Positions 63,156 to 64,000 of a stretch of 64,000 nt of DNA are shown here, one piece after another (position 1 is the stretch's first letter; each line of letters opens with the position of its first letter). The DNA is taken from the NCBI GenBank assembly GCA_031082125.1, contig JAVHLM010000007.1:102669-166668 (forward strand), written 5' to 3'. Made by a program: the position numbers and the translations under genes. Under the pieces are notes generated by a model. The model did not search any database. It had not been told where the DNA came from and was given only the letters and a program-made list of their open reading frames with translations. Origin of the DNA: Vulcanimicrobiota bacterium (GTDB lineage Bacteria > Vulcanimicrobiota > CADAWZ01 > Ess09-12).

Positions 63156-63743
63156 ATGAGCAAAAAGAGCATCTTCTGCTTTCTTCCTTTCCCTGTACTT
63201 GTCGGCGCGGTCAGCGTGTCGCTCATGCTCACTCTGTCCAGCGAAGCGGTGAAAGAAGATCCTGCAGAAAAGAGCTGCGGCAATGCTCCCCCGATACGGC
63301 TTGTCACAAGGGCTGAAGCCAGTGAGCGGGGCATCCCGGCACTCACATGCAGCGACTATCTGCTCTCAGTCTATGAGCCTTCATCTGCGGAGAGCCTCCT
63401 GGCGGTGACTGATGAAGCCTGGGACAACTGGTCGGGGAACTGGACGAGCGACTGGACCGGCGACTGGTCAGGGAACTGGGGAACAAACTGGGCTGACTGG
63501 TCTTCGAATTGGGGAGCCGACTGGGCAGGCAACTGGACAGGGAACTGGGGGGCCGACTGGACAGGGAATGTGAACCCCACCTCTTCAGGGACCCCGATTG
63601 CGAGCCCCACACTGGGGTGGGAGTCCAACTGGTCGGGGAACTGGGGGGCTGACTGGAGTGCCAACGTAGCTCCCAGCCCGACTCCCAGCGTGGTGGCATG
63701 TGGCGGCTCCGGGGGAGGCTCGGGTGCAGGCTCAGGCGGGTGA
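63156..63743 (+). CDS. Leader/signal + W-x-x-[N/D] repeat protein (candidate RiPP precursor); extends to TAG 63950 if two TGAs are read through
   Basis: Hydrophobic N-terminus, 17 Trp-led repeats (63420-63665), then a Cys-initiated Gly/Ser repeat with in-frame TGA at 63741 and 63792. Confidence 0.7.
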   Translation: MSKKSIFCFLPFPVLVGAVSVSLMLTLSSEAVKEDPAEKSCGNAPPIRLVTRAEASERGIPALTCSDYLLSVYEPSSAESLLAVTDEAWDNWSGNWTSDWTGDWSGNWGTNWADWSSNWGADWAGNWTGNWGADWTGNVNPTSSGTPIASPTLGWESNWSGNWGADWSANVAPSPTPSVVACGGSGGGSGAGSGG

Positions 63744-63947
63744 GGCTCCGGGGCGGGCTCCGGGGCGGGCTCAGGTGCAGGATCAGGCGGGTGAGGCTCC
63801 GGTGGCGCGGGCTCCGGGGCGGGCTCAGGTGGTTCAGGCGGTGGTTCAGGCGGCTCAGGCGGCGGCTCAGGCGGCGGCTCGGGCGGTGGCTCAGGCGGCG
63901 GCTCAGGCGGCGGCTCGGGTGGCGGCTCGGGTGGCGGCTCGGGTGGA
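63699..63947 (+). repeat. Low-complexity (GGN)n-TCN repeat encoding Gly/Ser (plus strand) or Pro-Pro-Glu (minus strand)
   Basis: About 20 imperfect 9-12-nt units of GGCGGCTCN type. Confidence 0.9.
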
Positions 63948-63953
63948 TAGAGA

Positions 63954-64000
63954 ATGGCCGTTTTGGCAGGAACCGAGGATTTTCCCCTGGAGCTGAAGCC
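63954..64000 (+). CDS. 5' end of the next gene (MAVLAGTEDFPLELK...), truncated by the window
   Basis: ATG 3 nt after TAG 63950, same frame, open to the window end. Confidence 0.45.
   Translation, partial: MAVLAGTEDFPLELK

Noticed and set aside
63741-63794. Genome-wide TGA reassignment (Gly or Trp) to explain the in-frame TGAs
   Set aside because: Many well-defined genes here end at TGA (e.g. MFS 4114, pcrA 48991, ligA 51018), so any readthrough must be local.
63699-63947. GGCGGCTCN array as a CRISPR or satellite
   Set aside because: There are no unique spacers, variation is confined to codon third positions, and no cas genes are present; it is a coding low-complexity repeat.
63700-63996. 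Plus-strand Ala/Gln-rich 98-aa ORF from the track
   Set aside because: It is an alternative frame of the Gly/Ser repeat, has no RBS, and its composition is explained by the repeat.

Overview
Bacterial chromosomal window, roughly 55-60% GC by eye, with no rRNA, tRNA or CRISPR array recognised. Housekeeping genes include pcrA-ligA-rarA, tatC-sppA, srkA, an MtaD-like deaminase, CbiX, a GH13 amylase, an Aas-like enzyme and a MetE-like protein. Signalling is unusually rich: two active Hanks kinases, three pseudokinase domains, PP2C, vWA, two FHA proteins, PilZ and an orphan histidine kinase. An accessory island (about 23.9-30.2 kb) holds hicB with an internally deleted hicA, a broken M28-like gene, a large HNH protein, mazEF and an IS1111-type IS110 element. 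For that element the ends, the AG core, the circle-junction promoter and a two-loop bridge RNA can all be read from the sequence, and all four guide segments match the flanking target and donor DNA. The most novel candidate is at the 3' edge: a leader-bearing ORF with 17 W-x-(x)-[N/D] repeats, then a Gly/Ser tail in which two in-frame TGA codons sit in the same repeat position as a Cys codon. It may be a selenocysteine-containing RiPP precursor or repeat protein, and its partner genes would lie beyond the window. All product calls come from motif recognition only; no database searches were run.
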